From NCBI GenBank assembly GCA_030066685.1, contig JASJBF010000003.1:110576-174575 (forward strand): a DNA stretch of 64,000 nucleotides, in the 5' to 3' direction. Below the pieces are notes generated by a model. The model did not search any database. It was not told the DNA's origin and was given only the letters and a program-made list of their open reading frames with translations. The DNA is from Kiloniellales bacterium (GTDB lineage Bacteria; Pseudomonadota; Alphaproteobacteria; Kiloniellales; JAKSBE01). Made by a program: the position numbers and the translations under genes. How positions within the stretch are numbered: position 1 is the first letter of the stretch; each line of letters begins with the position of its first letter. Of this stretch, positions 48,075 through 57,809 are shown one piece after another.

Positions 48075-49517
48075 ATGGACAGCGAAGCCATCGGCTGTTG
48101 GGACTACGACGCCGGCGGCCGTCCGACGATGATCAACCGTTACAGCGGCGAGCGGGTGCGCCTGGGAAGAAGGGTCCTGTTCAGCGGCAAGCGGCTCGGT
48201 CAACGTTGGGCCCGGCTCGACTACCTGCACGACGACCTGGAATTCCCAGTGCTGGTCTGTTGGATGCCGGAGCGGGGCTACATCGTGGTGGACTACCTGG
48301 CCTCTGCCGCGCTCTGGCGGAAAGCGCGCAACAGCAAGCTCCGCCATCCACCCTATGGGACCTGGGTCCGGGTCGACGACTGCCTCCTGGACGCAATCTG
48401 GTGCTGGCCGGGCGTTCTTGCCCAACTTTGTCCAGATACCCGACGCTATCCCGGTCGCCGCCCGGGGGTCGTGGCCTTGATCGGTGGGTGGTGCAACGGT
48501 TCATGGCACCGAGGGCTCCGGCGCGTGTCGCTCGGAAGCAACTCAAATCTCCGCGACACTGTCAGTGAGTACGGACTCGACCGCAAACATGGCACTTTGG
48601 ATCCGAAGATAAGGATTCCCCTGACCCGTCTCACAGGCCTGGAGGAACCTGCGCCTTCGCCCTGGGTCTACGTCGATGCGGCCGACCCCCGCGAACATGA
48701 GAGACTCGGGTACACGCACTTCGAGGGCGAGCCGCTGCTGCGCGAAGATGGACCCCTTCTGCTCCACGGCAGGGAAGGCTATCAGCTTCCGACGGGTGCA
48801 AGGAGTGTGGCGATCAAGGGTGTGGTTCCTCAGATGCGGTCGGCGGACGGAACCCGGGTGCTGTTTCCGGTGGCTGCGCGCATCTCCTTCGGACGGGAAG
48901 CCCTGGAACCTACGTGGGGCGGGATAAGCTTCCTACTTTTGGAGCCTGGGCTCACCGGCGTGTTCTGCGGCTGGGGCCTGTCGCGATCAGATCCGGACGC
49001 GTTCGACAGCAAGCGAAGGGAAGCCAGTATAGAATACAGAAACCTCGACGGCCGGATTCCTTCCGACGAGAAGGAAAGAGCAGTCCACGCTGAAGAGATC
49101 AGGGCCCTTGGGCGGATCGCCTCACCCATGCGCCTCAACGCGGAGGCGCATGAGTTTCGATTCCTCGATCATGTCGAAGTCGCTTGGAGCGACCGGGAAC
49201 AGCGCTTTACCTATCAAACGCCTGGCCCGTGGAGCCTCTCTGCCTACGCGCGGCGACGGGTCGCGCGGTTGTTGCAGGACGCCTATTTGTTTTGGCAGGG
49301 AACCGAGGAGCGTCCGGCGTATTGGGGATCCATCAACCCGGAAATCCTGTCCTATCGACCGCCGGCGGCGGTGAGGATCAGGCCGGACCTCCTCGGCGGC
49401 ATGAGGCTGGGCTACGAGATCCTGGCGCGGCTCGAGGAACCGCGGCCCTGGTACGCCCAATTCCGGAGCGAGCGGCCATGGACACGGGAAGGTTTCAAGT
49501 TCGCCCGCTTCCTGTAG
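48075..49517 (+). CDS. Orphan protein, paralog 1 of a tandem pair (Trp/Cys-rich conserved N-terminal module)
   Basis: The ATG at 48075 lies 6 nt after a GAGGAGG SD. The product is 480 aa with no signal peptide, no TM segment and no recognisable catalytic motif. It is a paralog of the next gene. Confidence 0.75.
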   Translation: MDSEAIGCWDYDAGGRPTMINRYSGERVRLGRRVLFSGKRLGQRWARLDYLHDDLEFPVLVCWMPERGYIVVDYLASAALWRKARNSKLRHPPYGTWVRVDDCLLDAIWCWPGVLAQLCPDTRRYPGRRPGVVALIGGWCNGSWHRGLRRVSLGSNSNLRDTVSEYGLDRKHGTLDPKIRIPLTRLTGLEEPAPSPWVYVDAADPREHERLGYTHFEGEPLLREDGPLLLHGREGYQLPTGARSVAIKGVVPQMRSADGTRVLFPVAARISFGREALEPTWGGISFLLLEPGLTGVFCGWGLSRSDPDAFDSKRREASIEYRNLDGRIPSDEKERAVHAEEIRALGRIASPMRLNAEAHEFRFLDHVEVAWSDREQRFTYQTPGPWSLSAYARRRVARLLQDAYLFWQGTEERPAYWGSINPEILSYRPPAAVRIRPDLLGGMRLGYEILARLEEPRPWYAQFRSERPWTREGFKFARFL

Positions 49518-49645
49518 CCAGCGCTGCGAGCCGGAAACGTCAGGCCTGAAACGGACGGCGTCACTGTCTTGGGCGAGCCATACGTAGCCTTCAGGCAACG
49601 GAATCCTTACCGATCCGATGGACTTTGTCGGGAGAAGAGGCCCCG

Positions 49646-50998
49646 ATGTACGGCACAGCCATCGGCTGGTGGGACTACGACGCCAGCGACCGTCCGACGC
49701 TGATCAACCGAGAAAGCGCCGAGCGGGTGCGCATGGGCGAGGAGGTCTGCGTTCGCGGCAAGCGGCCCGGTCAGCGCTGGATCAGGCTCGACTACTTGCA
49801 CGATGACCTGGAGTTTCCAGTTCTGGCCTGCTGGATGCCGGAGCAGGGGTATATCGTGGTGGACTACCTGGCTTCGGCCGCGCTTTGGCGGAAGGAAAGC
49901 AACAGCAACAAACTCCACCCGCCCTACGGCACCTGGGTTCGGGTCGATGACTGCATCCTGGACGCAATCTGGTGCTGGCCGGGGATCCTCGAAGAATTCT
50001 CAGAGGACTCGTCGGGTAGCCCGCGCCGGCGAAGGCCGCAAAAGAAGGGCGTGGTCGGACTTCTTGGTGGCTGGTGCAATGGCACTTGGCGGCCAGAGTT
50101 TCTGCGCGTATGTACGGCTGGCCTCGGATTGCCCCATTGGCTGAGGAAGCTTGAGGCCACAGGTAGGAAGTCGATTTTGCCGCTTTCCAATCTGATGCCT
50201 ACGGATGCGGCTCCTCCATCTCCTTGGGTCTTTTTGGATCCAGTCAGCATCAGAAAATCAAAGGATCTGGACCTCTCTCGCTGGAGGGATATGAGAATCC
50301 TGTCGGAGGCGGAAGAACTGCTCCTCAAACGTAAGTGGTCTGCTCCGAATCCCGACGATCTCGCTGATGAGTACTTTGATCCCGTAGTACGGGATATGCA
50401 GCGCTTTCGACTGCCTTTAGATTCCAGGTGCATAGCGATCGATGGCGCTATCCCGCAACTGCGGAGCCTCGATGACTCCCGAATTCTCTTTCCGTTCCGT
50501 GCGGAGTTTAGCTTCGCCAGAGAGCCCTGGGTGGGGGATCTACCGATTGGCGCCCGCGTCCGATTTGTGCTGCTCGAATCGAACATGACTGGACTGTGTG
50601 GAGTGTGGTTCATGGAGGCCGCCAAGAGCTTTCCAGAAGCTGCTACCAGTGACCGTAGAGTTCTCTATCAATGCAAAGGTGGCTCGACGGATCGAGAGAA
50701 GATCCTCGTCGAGGAGGTGTCGATCGCGCGGCAGTATCCGAGCATTTTGTTCGACTACCAAGCCTCTGCTCCCTGGGAGTTTTCGGTGCATGCCCGTCGC
50801 AAGTGGAACCGAATTCTTCAAGACGCCTTCTTGTTCTGGGAAGGAACCGAAATGCGTCCCGATTGTTGGGAAATAGTACCGCCTGAAGTGTTATCCTATC
50901 GGTCTCTAGACACTCTGGTGACAGAAGCCGAACTTCTCGGTGGCATGAGAGTGGTGGGTTACAAGATCTTGGCGCGGCTCGAGGAACCACGGCCCTAG
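49646..50998 (+). CDS. Orphan protein, paralog 2 (ends at an in-frame TAG where paralog 1 has TGG; possibly C-terminally truncated)
   Basis: The ATG at 49646 follows a GGAGAAGAGG SD. The product is 450 aa. The frame stays homologous to paralog 1 for 22 more codons, to a TAG at 51062..51064. The middle of the gene is markedly GC-poor. Confidence 0.7.
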   Translation: MYGTAIGWWDYDASDRPTLINRESAERVRMGEEVCVRGKRPGQRWIRLDYLHDDLEFPVLACWMPEQGYIVVDYLASAALWRKESNSNKLHPPYGTWVRVDDCILDAIWCWPGILEEFSEDSSGSPRRRRPQKKGVVGLLGGWCNGTWRPEFLRVCTAGLGLPHWLRKLEATGRKSILPLSNLMPTDAAPPSPWVFLDPVSIRKSKDLDLSRWRDMRILSEAEELLLKRKWSAPNPDDLADEYFDPVVRDMQRFRLPLDSRCIAIDGAIPQLRSLDDSRILFPFRAEFSFAREPWVGDLPIGARVRFVLLESNMTGLCGVWFMEAAKSFPEAATSDRRVLYQCKGGSTDREKILVEEVSIARQYPSILFDYQASAPWEFSVHARRKWNRILQDAFLFWEGTEMRPDCWEIVPPEVLSYRSLDTLVTEAELLGGMRVVGYKILARLEEPRP

Positions 50999-51128
50999 TA
51001 CGCGCCATTCCGGAGCGAGCGGCCATGGACGCCTGACGGATTTACGCTGGCGCCCTTCATGTAGTGGTGAGTCGTTCTTTACAGGGCGTTGCCGCGCCAA
51101 CTGATCCGGCCCGCTTGGCTTGTCGTGT

Positions 51129-52223
51129 TCACACGTTGAACCGGAAGTGGAAGACGTCGCCGTCCTGGACGACGTAGTCGCGGCCTTCCAGGCGCAGCTT
51201 GCCGGCTTCCTTGGCGCCCTGCTCGCCGTTGCAGGCGAGAAAATCGTCGTAGGCGATGGTCTCGGCGCGGATGAAGCCCTTCTCGAAGTCGCTGTGGATC
51301 ACCCCGGCGGCCTCCGGCGCTTTGGCGCCGCGGCGCACAGTCCAGGCTCGGGCCTCCTTGGGCCCGGCGGTGAAGAAGGTGATCAGATCGAGCAGGGCGT
51401 AGCCGGCGCGGGTGACCCGGGCCAGGCCGGTCTCCGCCAAGCCGAGGGACTCGAGAAAATCCTGACGCTCGGCCTTGTCCAGCGCCGCGACCTCGGCCTC
51501 GATGGCGGCCGAGATGACGACGCAGCCCGCACCTTCCTTCGCGGCGTAGTCGGCGACCCGGGCCGAGAGATCGTTGCCCTCGGCGGCCGAGCCCTCGTCG
51601 ACGTTGGCGACGTAGAGCAGCGGCTTGGCGGTCAGCAGCTGGAGCTGGCGGAAGACCGGCCGTTGCTCTGCCGTCATCGCGATCTTGCGCGCGGGCTTGC
51701 CGTCGCGCAGGGCGGCGGCGGCCAGCTCCAGGACCTCGAGGCGCCGCTTGGCCTCCTTGTCGCCGCCGCGGGCCTTCTTGGTCGCCGCCTCGGTCTGGCG
51801 CTCGACGCTCTCCAGGTCGGCCAGCATTAGCTCGGTCTCGACGGTCTCGGCGTCGCGGATCGGATCGACCGAGCCGTCGACGTGGGTGACATCGCCCTCG
51901 AAGCAGCGCAGCACCTGGACGATGGCGTCCACCTCGCGGATCTTGCCCAGGAACTGGTTGCCCAGGCCCTCGCCCTTCGACGCGCCCTTGACCAGCCCGG
52001 CGATGTCAACGAACTCCAGAAAGGTCGGGATGACCTCGGCCGGCTTGGCGATGGCGGCGATCTTGTCGAGCCGCGGGTCGGGCAGGGGGACCCGGCCGAC
52101 GTTGGGCTCGATGGTGCAGAAGGGATAGTTCGCCGCCTCGGCCGCGGTGGTCTCGGTCAGGGCGTTGAACAGGGTCGACTTGCCGACGTTGGGCAGGCCG
52201 ACGATGCCGCAGTTAAAGCCCAT
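51129..52223 (-). CDS. ychF: Redox-regulated ribosome-binding ATPase YchF
   Basis: 364 aa. Motifs are [18 protein letters not shown], the TGS domain and the C-terminus [11 protein letters not shown]. Confidence 0.96.
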   Translation of the reverse strand: MGFNCGIVGLPNVGKSTLFNALTETTAAEAANYPFCTIEPNVGRVPLPDPRLDKIAAIAKPAEVIPTFLEFVDIAGLVKGASKGEGLGNQFLGKIREVDAIVQVLRCFEGDVTHVDGSVDPIRDAETVETELMLADLESVERQTEAATKKARGGDKEAKRRLEVLELAAAALRDGKPARKIAMTAEQRPVFRQLQLLTAKPLLYVANVDEGSAAEGNDLSARVADYAAKEGAGCVVISAAIEAEVAALDKAERQDFLESLGLAETGLARVTRAGYALLDLITFFTAGPKEARAWTVRRGAKAPEAAGVIHSDFEKGFIRAETIAYDDFLACNGEQGAKEAGKLRLEGRDYVVQDGDVFHFRFNV

Positions 52224-52872
52224 CGGCCGCCTCCGATTCCTCGGAGCGCGGCTTGCCCTCCTCGGCCTTGCCCTCCGTCTTTTCGGGCTTGGGCTTCGGC
52301 TTGGGCGGCGCGGTGAGGTGGGCGACGCGGGACATGAAGCTGCCCTCGTCGCCGCCCAGCAGCTTGGGCAGCTCCGCCGCGACCGCGTCGATCAGCTTCT
52401 CCATGGCCGGCCATTCCGCCTTGGCGAAGTCCGAGAGCACGTGGCGGTGGACCAGCTCCTTGCGGCCGGGATGGCCGACGCCCAGGCGGATCCGCCAGAA
52501 GTCGGGGCCGATGTGGGCGTTGAGGCTGCGCAGGCCGTTGTGGCCCGCGGTGCCGCCGCCCAGCTTGACCCGCAGCTTGGCGGGCGCCAGGTCGATCTCG
52601 TCGTAGAAGACGAAGATCTCGTCCGGCTCCAGCTTGTAGAAGCGCAGCGCCTCGCCGACCGCGCGGCCGGACTCGTTCATGTAGGTCTCGGGCTTGAGGA
52701 CCAGGATCTTCTCGGTGCCCATGCGGCCCTCGGAGACCCGGCCCTGGAAGCGCGCGCGCCAGGGACCGAATCCGTGGCGGCGGACGATCTCGTCCACCGC
52801 CAGGAATCCGATGTTGTGGCGGTTCCAGGCGTGCTTCGGGCCCGGATTGCCGAGACCGACCAGGAGCAGCAT
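52213..52872 (-). CDS. pth: Peptidyl-tRNA hydrolase
   Basis: 219 aa. Motifs are [17 protein letters not shown] and [11 protein letters not shown]. There is a PKPKPKP-rich C-terminal extension. Confidence 0.95.
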   Translation of the reverse strand: MLLLVGLGNPGPKHAWNRHNIGFLAVDEIVRRHGFGPWRARFQGRVSEGRMGTEKILVLKPETYMNESGRAVGEALRFYKLEPDEIFVFYDEIDLAPAKLRVKLGGGTAGHNGLRSLNAHIGPDFWRIRLGVGHPGRKELVHRHVLSDFAKAEWPAMEKLIDAVAAELPKLLGGDEGSFMSRVAHLTAPPKPKPKPEKTEGKAEEGKPRSEESEAADGL

Positions 52873-52896
52873 GGGCGTGCGTCCGGGAAGAGCGGA

Positions 52897-53580
52897 CTAC
52901 TCCTCCTTGGGCTCCTCGCTCTCGCCCTCGGCCGCGGGCTCCTCGCCTTCCGGCACTTCGCCTTCCTCGCCTTCGGCGGCCGCGGCCTGCTCCTCGGCGG
53001 CCTCGGCCTTGACCGCGCTGGGCGCGGCCACCGTGGCGATGGTGAAGTCACGGTCGGTGATGGTCGGGGTCACGCCCTCGGGCAGCCGGATCATGCTGAT
53101 GTGCACGGAATCGCCGATCTCCAGCCCGGTGAGGTCGAGATCGATCTGCTGCGGGATGGCGTCGGCGCGGCAGCTGAACTCGATCTCGTGGCGCACGATG
53201 TTGAGCACCCCGCCGCGCTTCAGGCCCGGCGACTCCTCGTCGTTCATGAAGTTCACCGGGACGTTGACGGTGACCTCGGTGTCCTGCGCGACCCTGAGGA
53301 AGTCGACGTGGACCGTGCGATCGGAGACCGGGTCGAGCTGTACGTCGCGGGGCAGGACCCGGTGTTTCTTGCCGCCGACCTCGACGTCGAAGAGGGTGGC
53401 GAAGAAGCCGGGCCTGTGGAGCTCCCGGTCGACGTCGCGGGGGTCCAGGCTGATCGTCAGGGGGTCCTTGCGGTCGCCGTAGATCACGGCCGGCACGCGT
53501 CCGGCGCGACGCACGGCACGGGCGGCCCCCTTCCCGACCCGCTCCCGCAGCTCCGCGGGCAGTGCGATGGTTTCGCTCAT
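52897..53580 (-). CDS. rplY: 50S ribosomal protein L25 / general stress protein Ctc
   Basis: 227 aa. RVPAVIYG, the two-domain Ctc form and an acidic C-terminal tail. Confidence 0.93.
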   Translation of the reverse strand: MSETIALPAELRERVGKGAARAVRRAGRVPAVIYGDRKDPLTISLDPRDVDRELHRPGFFATLFDVEVGGKKHRVLPRDVQLDPVSDRTVHVDFLRVAQDTEVTVNVPVNFMNDEESPGLKRGGVLNIVRHEIEFSCRADAIPQQIDLDLTGLEIGDSVHISMIRLPEGVTPTITDRDFTIATVAAPSAVKAEAAEEQAAAAEGEEGEVPEGEEPAAEGESEEPKEE

Positions 53581-53699
53581 CTGCTTTCACTCCTCGTCTT
53601 CTCGGCAGGCGATCGCCATCGCCCCGCCGTATCTTGGCCCGGCCTCCAGGGGTGCCGGCACCGAAACTCGAATCTGCGTCCGAACTGGCTCGGACGTCT

Positions 53700-54632
53700 C
53701 TAGTTGAACAGGCTCGAAACCGAGCGCGCCTCGGCGATGCGGGCCATGGCCTCGCCGAGCAGCGGCGCAATCGAGATCTGCCGCATGTTCTGCGCCACCC
53801 GGACCGCCTCGGTCGCCTGAATGCTGTCGGTCGTGACCAGCTCCTGCAAGGGCGAGGCGCTGACCCGCGCGACCGCGCCGCCGGACAGCACGCCGTGGGT
53901 GACGTAGGCGGAGACCGCCTTGGCCCCGGCCTCCATCAGCGCCTCGGCTGCGTTGCAGAGGGTGCCGGCCGAATCAACGATGTCGTCGACCAGGATGCAG
54001 ACCCGGTTGTCGACATCGCCGATGATGTTCATCACCTCGGAGACGCCGGCCCGTTCGCGGCGTTTGTCTATGATCGCCAGATCGGCGTCAAGGCGCTTGG
54101 CGATGGCCCGGGCCCGGATCACGCCGCCGACGTCGGGCGAGACGATGGTCAGCGGCTCGCCGTCGAAGCGCTCGACGATGTCCTTGGTGAAGACCGGGGC
54201 GCCGTAGAGGTTGTCGGTCGGGATGTCGAAGAAGCCCTGGATCTGCCCGGCGTGCAGGTCCAGGGTCAGGACCCGGTCGGCGCCGGCCACCGTGATCAGG
54301 TTGGCCACCAGCTTGGCCGAGATCGGCGTCCGCGGTCCGGACTTGCGGTCCTGTCGTGCATAGCCGTAGTAGGGAATCACGGCGGTGATCCGGTTCGCGG
54401 AGCCGCGCTTCAGCGCGTCAATCGCGACCAGCAGCTCCATCATGTTGTCGTTGGCCGGGTAGGAGGTCGACTGGATAACGTAGACGTCCTCGCCGCGGAC
54501 GTTCTCCTGGATCTCGACGAAGACCTCCAGGTCGGAGAATCGTCGAACGCTGGCCTTGGTCAGAGGCAGGTTCAGGTATGCCGAAATGGCCTCTGCCAAG
54601 GGCCGGTTGCTGTTCCCCGTCAGGATTTTCAT
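53700..54632 (-). CDS. prs: Ribose-phosphate pyrophosphokinase
   Basis: Start chosen at MKILTGNSN (54632). Motifs are [18 protein letters not shown] and [10 protein letters not shown]. Confidence 0.96.
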   Translation of the reverse strand: MKILTGNSNRPLAEAISAYLNLPLTKASVRRFSDLEVFVEIQENVRGEDVYVIQSTSYPANDNMMELLVAIDALKRGSANRITAVIPYYGYARQDRKSGPRTPISAKLVANLITVAGADRVLTLDLHAGQIQGFFDIPTDNLYGAPVFTKDIVERFDGEPLTIVSPDVGGVIRARAIAKRLDADLAIIDKRRERAGVSEVMNIIGDVDNRVCILVDDIVDSAGTLCNAAEALMEAGAKAVSAYVTHGVLSGGAVARVSASPLQELVTTDSIQATEAVRVAQNMRQISIAPLLGEAMARIAEARSVSSLFN

Positions 54633-54802
54633 TCCGCAGCCCTGGCTAGGCAGATGTAGACGCTTTCCTCGCTCGCCCGACTCCACGCCCCTGCTCGAAG
54701 GGACCCCCGCTGGCCGGGCGGCGGGACCTTATCAACAGCCCCCCGCCCTGTAAACGTCCTGTCATCATATCCGGCGAGATTCCTTCGGGCGCCAGGAAAG
54801 CC

Positions 54803-55714
54803 TCAGCTTTTCTTCGCCTTGGCCAGCAGGTCGGCGATCCCGGCGGCGGCGCCCTCGGCGATCGGCAGGACCACCCCGGCCCAGCTCCGGTCCAGGCTGC
54901 CGGCCGGGACTTGGTTGCGCTGATCGACGCGGCCCAGCTCTTCGCCGGTGACCGCCTCCAGGACCCGCCAGGTCACGGCGACGCTCTGCCAGCCTTGCAC
55001 GGGGTCCCCCAGCCCGACTTCCCCGACGATGATCACGGCCGGCCCGCCGCGGTTGGCGAGGAGCTCCGGCTCCAGGCGGCGCAGCGCCGCCAGCAGGGCC
55101 TTGGGCAGCAGGCGGCCGGAATCCCCCGGCGCGTCCTCGATCGGGGCCAGCAGGACCCGGTCTTCGGCCAGGGTCAGGCCGTCGCCCTCCGTCGGCTCCG
55201 GATCGCGGACCAGGGAGAGCAGGGTCCGGGAGGCCTGCCGGGCCACCTGCTTCATGGCCTGTGGCTCGGCGCGCCGCCAGGCGCCGGCAGCCAGTTCGCT
55301 GCGCGCGCCCCGCTGGCCCAGCCGCTTGCCGCCGGCATCGACCAGCTCCCAGAGGGTCAGGACTTCCTCGCGGCCGCCCGGCAGGGGTTGCACGACGCCG
55401 CGGCCGCGCAGGGTGAACTGGGTCGGTTGCTCCGCCCGGGTCGTGGCCGCGAAGCCATCGGCGCGCAGGGCGGCGGCCAGGTACTCCGCCATTGCGCGGG
55501 GGGCGGCGGGCGCGCCGGGCGTGTCGGGCCCGCCGGGGCCGCCCTGCTGCAAAGGGAGCACCTTCAAGCTGCCGCCGTTGCGCAGCAGGAGCAGGTCGTC
55601 TTCACCCTGGCCGCTGCTGTCCGGTCGGAAGGGGCGCGGCACCGGGCCGCAGGCGGCAGCCAGCAGGGCCGCCAGGAGGCATAGGGTTGCGAGTCTCCAC
55701 CGCCGCGTCGGCAT
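54803..55714 (-). CDS. Hypothetical lipoprotein
   Basis: 303 aa. It has a signal peptide with the lipobox LLAAAC. I recognise no family. Confidence 0.7.
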   Translation of the reverse strand: MPTRRWRLATLCLLAALLAAACGPVPRPFRPDSSGQGEDDLLLLRNGGSLKVLPLQQGGPGGPDTPGAPAAPRAMAEYLAAALRADGFAATTRAEQPTQFTLRGRGVVQPLPGGREEVLTLWELVDAGGKRLGQRGARSELAAGAWRRAEPQAMKQVARQASRTLLSLVRDPEPTEGDGLTLAEDRVLLAPIEDAPGDSGRLLPKALLAALRRLEPELLANRGGPAVIIVGEVGLGDPVQGWQSVAVTWRVLEAVTGEELGRVDQRNQVPAGSLDRSWAGVVLPIAEGAAAGIADLLAKAKKS

Positions 55715-55809
55715 CGCTACATGATCACGCAGGTCGCAAGCAGGCCGAGGAGCAACGCGATCATGAAGATTGCCAGGTAGGGCAAGGTGCAGTTCTCCCG
55801 TTCATTCCC

Positions 55810-56961
55810 TCACAAGGTGACGAGGTCGAGCGGGGCGCGCGACAGGCTCTCGGATCCGGACTCGATGACCAGGCTGGTCCGCCCGACGCTGGCGGCGAGG
55901 CCGCGCTCGCTGTCGAAGACGATGATATGGACGAAAATGGTCATTCCCGGGGCAATCTCAATCGGATTGCCGTGGTAGAGCATGGGCCAGTCCATCCAGT
56001 TCGGCGAGAAGCAGCTGCCCAGGGAATAGCCGCAGGCGTTGAGGCGGTGCGCCTGGTAGCCGGCGGCGTCCAGGGTCCGGGCGTGGGCGTCGAAGGCGTC
56101 GCCGAAGGTCCGCCCGGGCTTGAGCTCGGCCTCCACCGCCAGCAGGGCCTCGCGGGCCACGTCGTACATCTCGGCCTGCCGCGCCGGCGCCTTGCCGACG
56201 CGGAAGGTCCGCATCATGGCGGCGTGGTAGTGGCGATAGGCGCCGGCCCATTCCAGGGTCAGCTGGTCCTCTGCGTCCAGGTTGCGGCGGCCGCTGAAAT
56301 AGCGGCAGAGCAGGGCCTCGGGACCGGAGCCGATGATGAACTCGTTGCCGGGATAGTCGCCGCCGCCGCGGAAGATCGCGCCCTGCATGGCGGCCAGGAT
56401 GTCGCCCTCGAAGGCGCCGGCCCCGGCGGTCTCGACCGCGGCGTCGTAGGCGTCGTCGGCCAGCTCGGCGGCGCGCCGAACGTAGGCGACCTCGGCCGCG
56501 CTCTTGACGGCGCGGTGGCGGCTGACCAGCAGCGAGGCGTCCTCCAGGGTCGCGAAACCTTCCAGGGCCGCCTCCAGGCGCCTGCCGTTGGCGGCGGTCA
56601 GGCCATAGGCCTCGTACTCGACCCCGAGCCTTTTCCCGGCGCAGCCCTCGGCCTCCAGGATGGCTCGCAGGTCGCGCGCCGGCTCGGCCTCTGGACCGTC
56701 GACCCAGATCCGGACGTCCTCGATGGTCGAGGTGTGCTGCGCCTGGCGCAGGTCGGGCGCGCGGGTCAGCAGGACCAGGCGGCCGTCGGCGCCCAGGTAG
56801 AGGCATTGGAAGAAGACGTAGCCGAAGGTGTCGTAGCCGGTCAGGTAGTACATGCTCTCCTGCCGGAACATCAGCAAGCCCTGCAGCCCCGCCTCTGCCA
56901 GGTCGGCGCAGACCCGGCGGCGGCGTTCGGCGTAGTCCTCGGGCGGGAAGTGCAGGGGCAT
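55810..56961 (-). CDS. M24-family metallopeptidase (Xaa-Pro aminopeptidase / creatinase-like)
   Basis: 383 aa. It has a creatinase-like N-terminal domain and a pita-bread C-terminal domain (HRLNACGYSLG, GMTIFVHII). Confidence 0.85.
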   Translation of the reverse strand: MPLHFPPEDYAERRRRVCADLAEAGLQGLLMFRQESMYYLTGYDTFGYVFFQCLYLGADGRLVLLTRAPDLRQAQHTSTIEDVRIWVDGPEAEPARDLRAILEAEGCAGKRLGVEYEAYGLTAANGRRLEAALEGFATLEDASLLVSRHRAVKSAAEVAYVRRAAELADDAYDAAVETAGAGAFEGDILAAMQGAIFRGGGDYPGNEFIIGSGPEALLCRYFSGRRNLDAEDQLTLEWAGAYRHYHAAMMRTFRVGKAPARQAEMYDVAREALLAVEAELKPGRTFGDAFDAHARTLDAAGYQAHRLNACGYSLGSCFSPNWMDWPMLYHGNPIEIAPGMTIFVHIIVFDSERGLAASVGRTSLVIESGSESLSRAPLDLVTL

Positions 56962-56981
56962 GACGTCGCGCCTTTCGTGGC

Positions 56982-57749
56982 TCAGGCTTCGAGGGCGATG
57001 GCGGAGAGCTCGCGGCCGTAGTCCGGCTCGCCGCGCAGGCAGGCGCGGCGATAGCTGAAGAAGCGCTCCTCCTCGACCAGGGTGTCGCAGGGCAGGGCCT
57101 GGACGCTCTTCAGGCCCAGGCGCCCGAGGCGGCGGGTTGCATAGCCCTTGAGGTCGAAGAGGAAATGCCCCTCCCGCGGGGCCGGTAGGAAGAAGTCCAT
57201 GTTGGAGGGGTCCTGGTCCAGGAAAGGCTCGGGGAACTCGGCTCCGACCTCGTAGGAGGCCTTGCCGATACAGGGGCCGATCCCGGCGTGGATCGCCTCG
57301 CGCCTTGCGCCCAGGCGTTCCATGGCCGCGACGACGGCCTCGAGCACGCCGCCCAGCGCGCCGCGCCAGCCGGCATGGGCGGCGCCGACGACCCGGGCCC
57401 CGTCATCGGCGAGCAGCACCGGCGCGCAGTCGGCAGTGATCACGCCCAGGGCCAGGCCGGGCTTCGCGGTCACCAGGGCATCGGCCCGGGGCCGGGCGTC
57501 GTCGGCCCAAGGCGTCTCGACCTCGACCACCTCGGGGGAATGGATCTGGTAGAGCGTGACCAGGCGCTCAGCGGGCAGGTCGAGCATTTCCATCGCCCGG
57601 GCCCGGTTGCGGTCGATCTTGGTCTTGTCGTCCTGGGAGCCCTGGCCGCAGTTAAGCGAAGCGTAGAGGCCGGTGCTGACCCCGCCTTCGCGGCCGAAGA
57701 AGGCGTGGCGCACGCCCTGGAGGTCGTTGAGTGGTCCGAGCGTCAGCAT
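56982..57749 (-). CDS. pgeF: Peptidoglycan editing factor PgeF (YfiH / laccase-domain protein)
   Basis: 255 aa. Motifs are HAFFGREGGVS...LNCG, TADCAPVLL and HAGWRG. Confidence 0.9.
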   Translation of the reverse strand: MLTLGPLNDLQGVRHAFFGREGGVSTGLYASLNCGQGSQDDKTKIDRNRARAMEMLDLPAERLVTLYQIHSPEVVEVETPWADDARPRADALVTAKPGLALGVITADCAPVLLADDGARVVGAAHAGWRGALGGVLEAVVAAMERLGARREAIHAGIGPCIGKASYEVGAEFPEPFLDQDPSNMDFFLPAPREGHFLFDLKGYATRRLGRLGLKSVQALPCDTLVEEERFFSYRRACLRGEPDYGRELSAIALEA

Positions 57750-57809
57750 GGTCCGTCTCTTCGGCTGAGCGCCGCTTGGCGCGGCGGCTCCGGTGGAGAC
57801 TGGATAGAC

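Noticed and set aside
48036-48425. Antisense ORFs 48036..48425 and 49607..49918, whose products resemble each other.
   Set aside because: Their similarity simply mirrors the conserved N-terminal module of the sense-strand paralogs. The sense frames have SD sequences, high GC3 in copy 1 and protein-like composition.
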